This document shows, piece by piece, positions 63,102-64,000 of a stretch of DNA of 64,000 nt (positions within the stretch are counted from its first letter, which is position 1; each line of letters starts with the position of its first letter). The DNA is taken from contig CM060731.1 of assembly GCA_030704615.1 (NCBI GenBank), positions 68,324,001-68,388,000 on the forward strand, in the 5' to 3' direction. The notes beneath the pieces are model-generated. The model did no database searches and had not been told where the DNA came from. It saw nothing but the letters and a program-made list of their open reading frames with translations. A program made the position numbers and the translations under genes. This DNA is from Takakia lepidozioides. Taxonomy: Eukaryota > Plantae > Bryophyta.

Positions 63102-64000
63102 TCATACTTTTCCCTCTTGATATGAAGTTTGAACACTTGACTCAAAATTTTCTTCTTCGCCTCTGATATTTTCCTCGGTACTTCTCACTTGCTCCTGCAA
63201 CTCTGCTGCTTCTTGTGCTTTTCTGACGGTGGTCTCGTGACCTCGGATAGCCCCCTTGTGCTTCTCAACTTCAACGCCAACATGCTTGAGCTGTTCTTCA
63301 AGCTCACCGTCTCTCTCACTGAGACATTGTAGCTCATTTTGCAGCTGTTCAATTTTCACTTCCAGCTCTTTCACCCTGCATGCAGAAGAGGAAAGGTCAA
63401 GGTACAATATGTGGTATGATTGTACCAAGGATCCAACAATCTGTAACTGCAGCCAACATATCTTAGTTGCTTGTACTAGAATACTATAGGGACAGTAGGT
63501 TATGGAGATGCTTGCTGGGCTCCAACACATCCATTTTTTGCTCACTCTCTTATTCCTTTAGCTGCATTGGTATAACTGAAACAAAAATACATTGAAAGCT
63601 CACCTCCGATCCTTTTCTGCAGCCGACTCCAGTGCTTCATCTCGTTCCAAGAGTGCGTTATTTAGCTCAATTCCCAAACCCACAATCCCCTCACTTGCCC
63701 GTTGCAAGTCCTCACCCAATTTCCCAACCTCTACCTCTTTCTCCTGCAATACCTCAGCAACACTCTCTCCAACTTTAGCCTTTGCCTTGGCAGCCTCTAG
63801 CTCAGTTGAGAGAGCTTTGTGTGTCTGTCTATACTCCCTCAACTTTTCTTTCTCCGAGGCTATCAGACATTCACGCTCCTCATTTTTCTCTTTTACCATC
63901 TCAGCTTCTTCAGCCTTAGCTTTGGCAGTATCCTCCTCTCCTTCTGCCTTGGAGAAGGCACCCATAAACTTCTTCGTCAAATCCTCTATGGTTGACAGCA
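63102..64000 (-). CDS. Coiled-coil protein, last two exons (gene continues beyond the window)
   Basis: E/K/A-rich heptads; exons 63604->64000 and 63102-63375 joined in frame by the GT-AG intron 63376-63603. Confidence 0.7.

Overview
Eukaryotic plant genomic DNA. It is probably from a non-seed land plant such as a bryophyte, lycophyte or fern; this is inferred from the TE lineages and genes and cannot be proven here. About the first 52 kb is a deep nest of transposons whose junctions can be read from target-site duplications (TSDs). A PIF/Harbinger element (transposase C-terminus at ~2 kb, Myb-like ORF2 split between ~37.3-37.8 kb and ~49.7 kb) is interrupted by a hAT element and by an 11.8-kb CACTA element, which itself holds a 5'-truncated LINE. 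Between the two Harbinger genes lies a decayed Gypsy retrotransposon (element A) whose pol carries a DNMT3-like C5-cytosine methyltransferase between protease and RT and a PHD finger after the integrase. Element A is interrupted twice: by a full-length 13.1-kb Gypsy (element B; two LTRs, CCTGG TSD, extra ORFs) and by a 10-kb Mutator-like DNA transposon (element C; 14-bp TSD). Element C is the most striking object. It encodes a GCM-MULE-SWIM transposase and, divergently, a spliced gene fusing a ParB/Srx-like domain to a beta-class (N4-C/N6-A) DNA amino-methyltransferase-like domain. It also carries ~11 copies of a 24-bp palindrome, in that gene's long intron and in the shared promoter region, reminiscent of ParB/parS plus methylase. 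The last 12 kb holds two MULE-type MITEs (50.8-52.8 kb), a CYP85-clan (CYP716-like) P450 with exon 3 inverted, an apparently intact DUR3 urea transporter and the 3' end of a coiled-coil protein gene. All domain calls are by motif recognition, without database searches.
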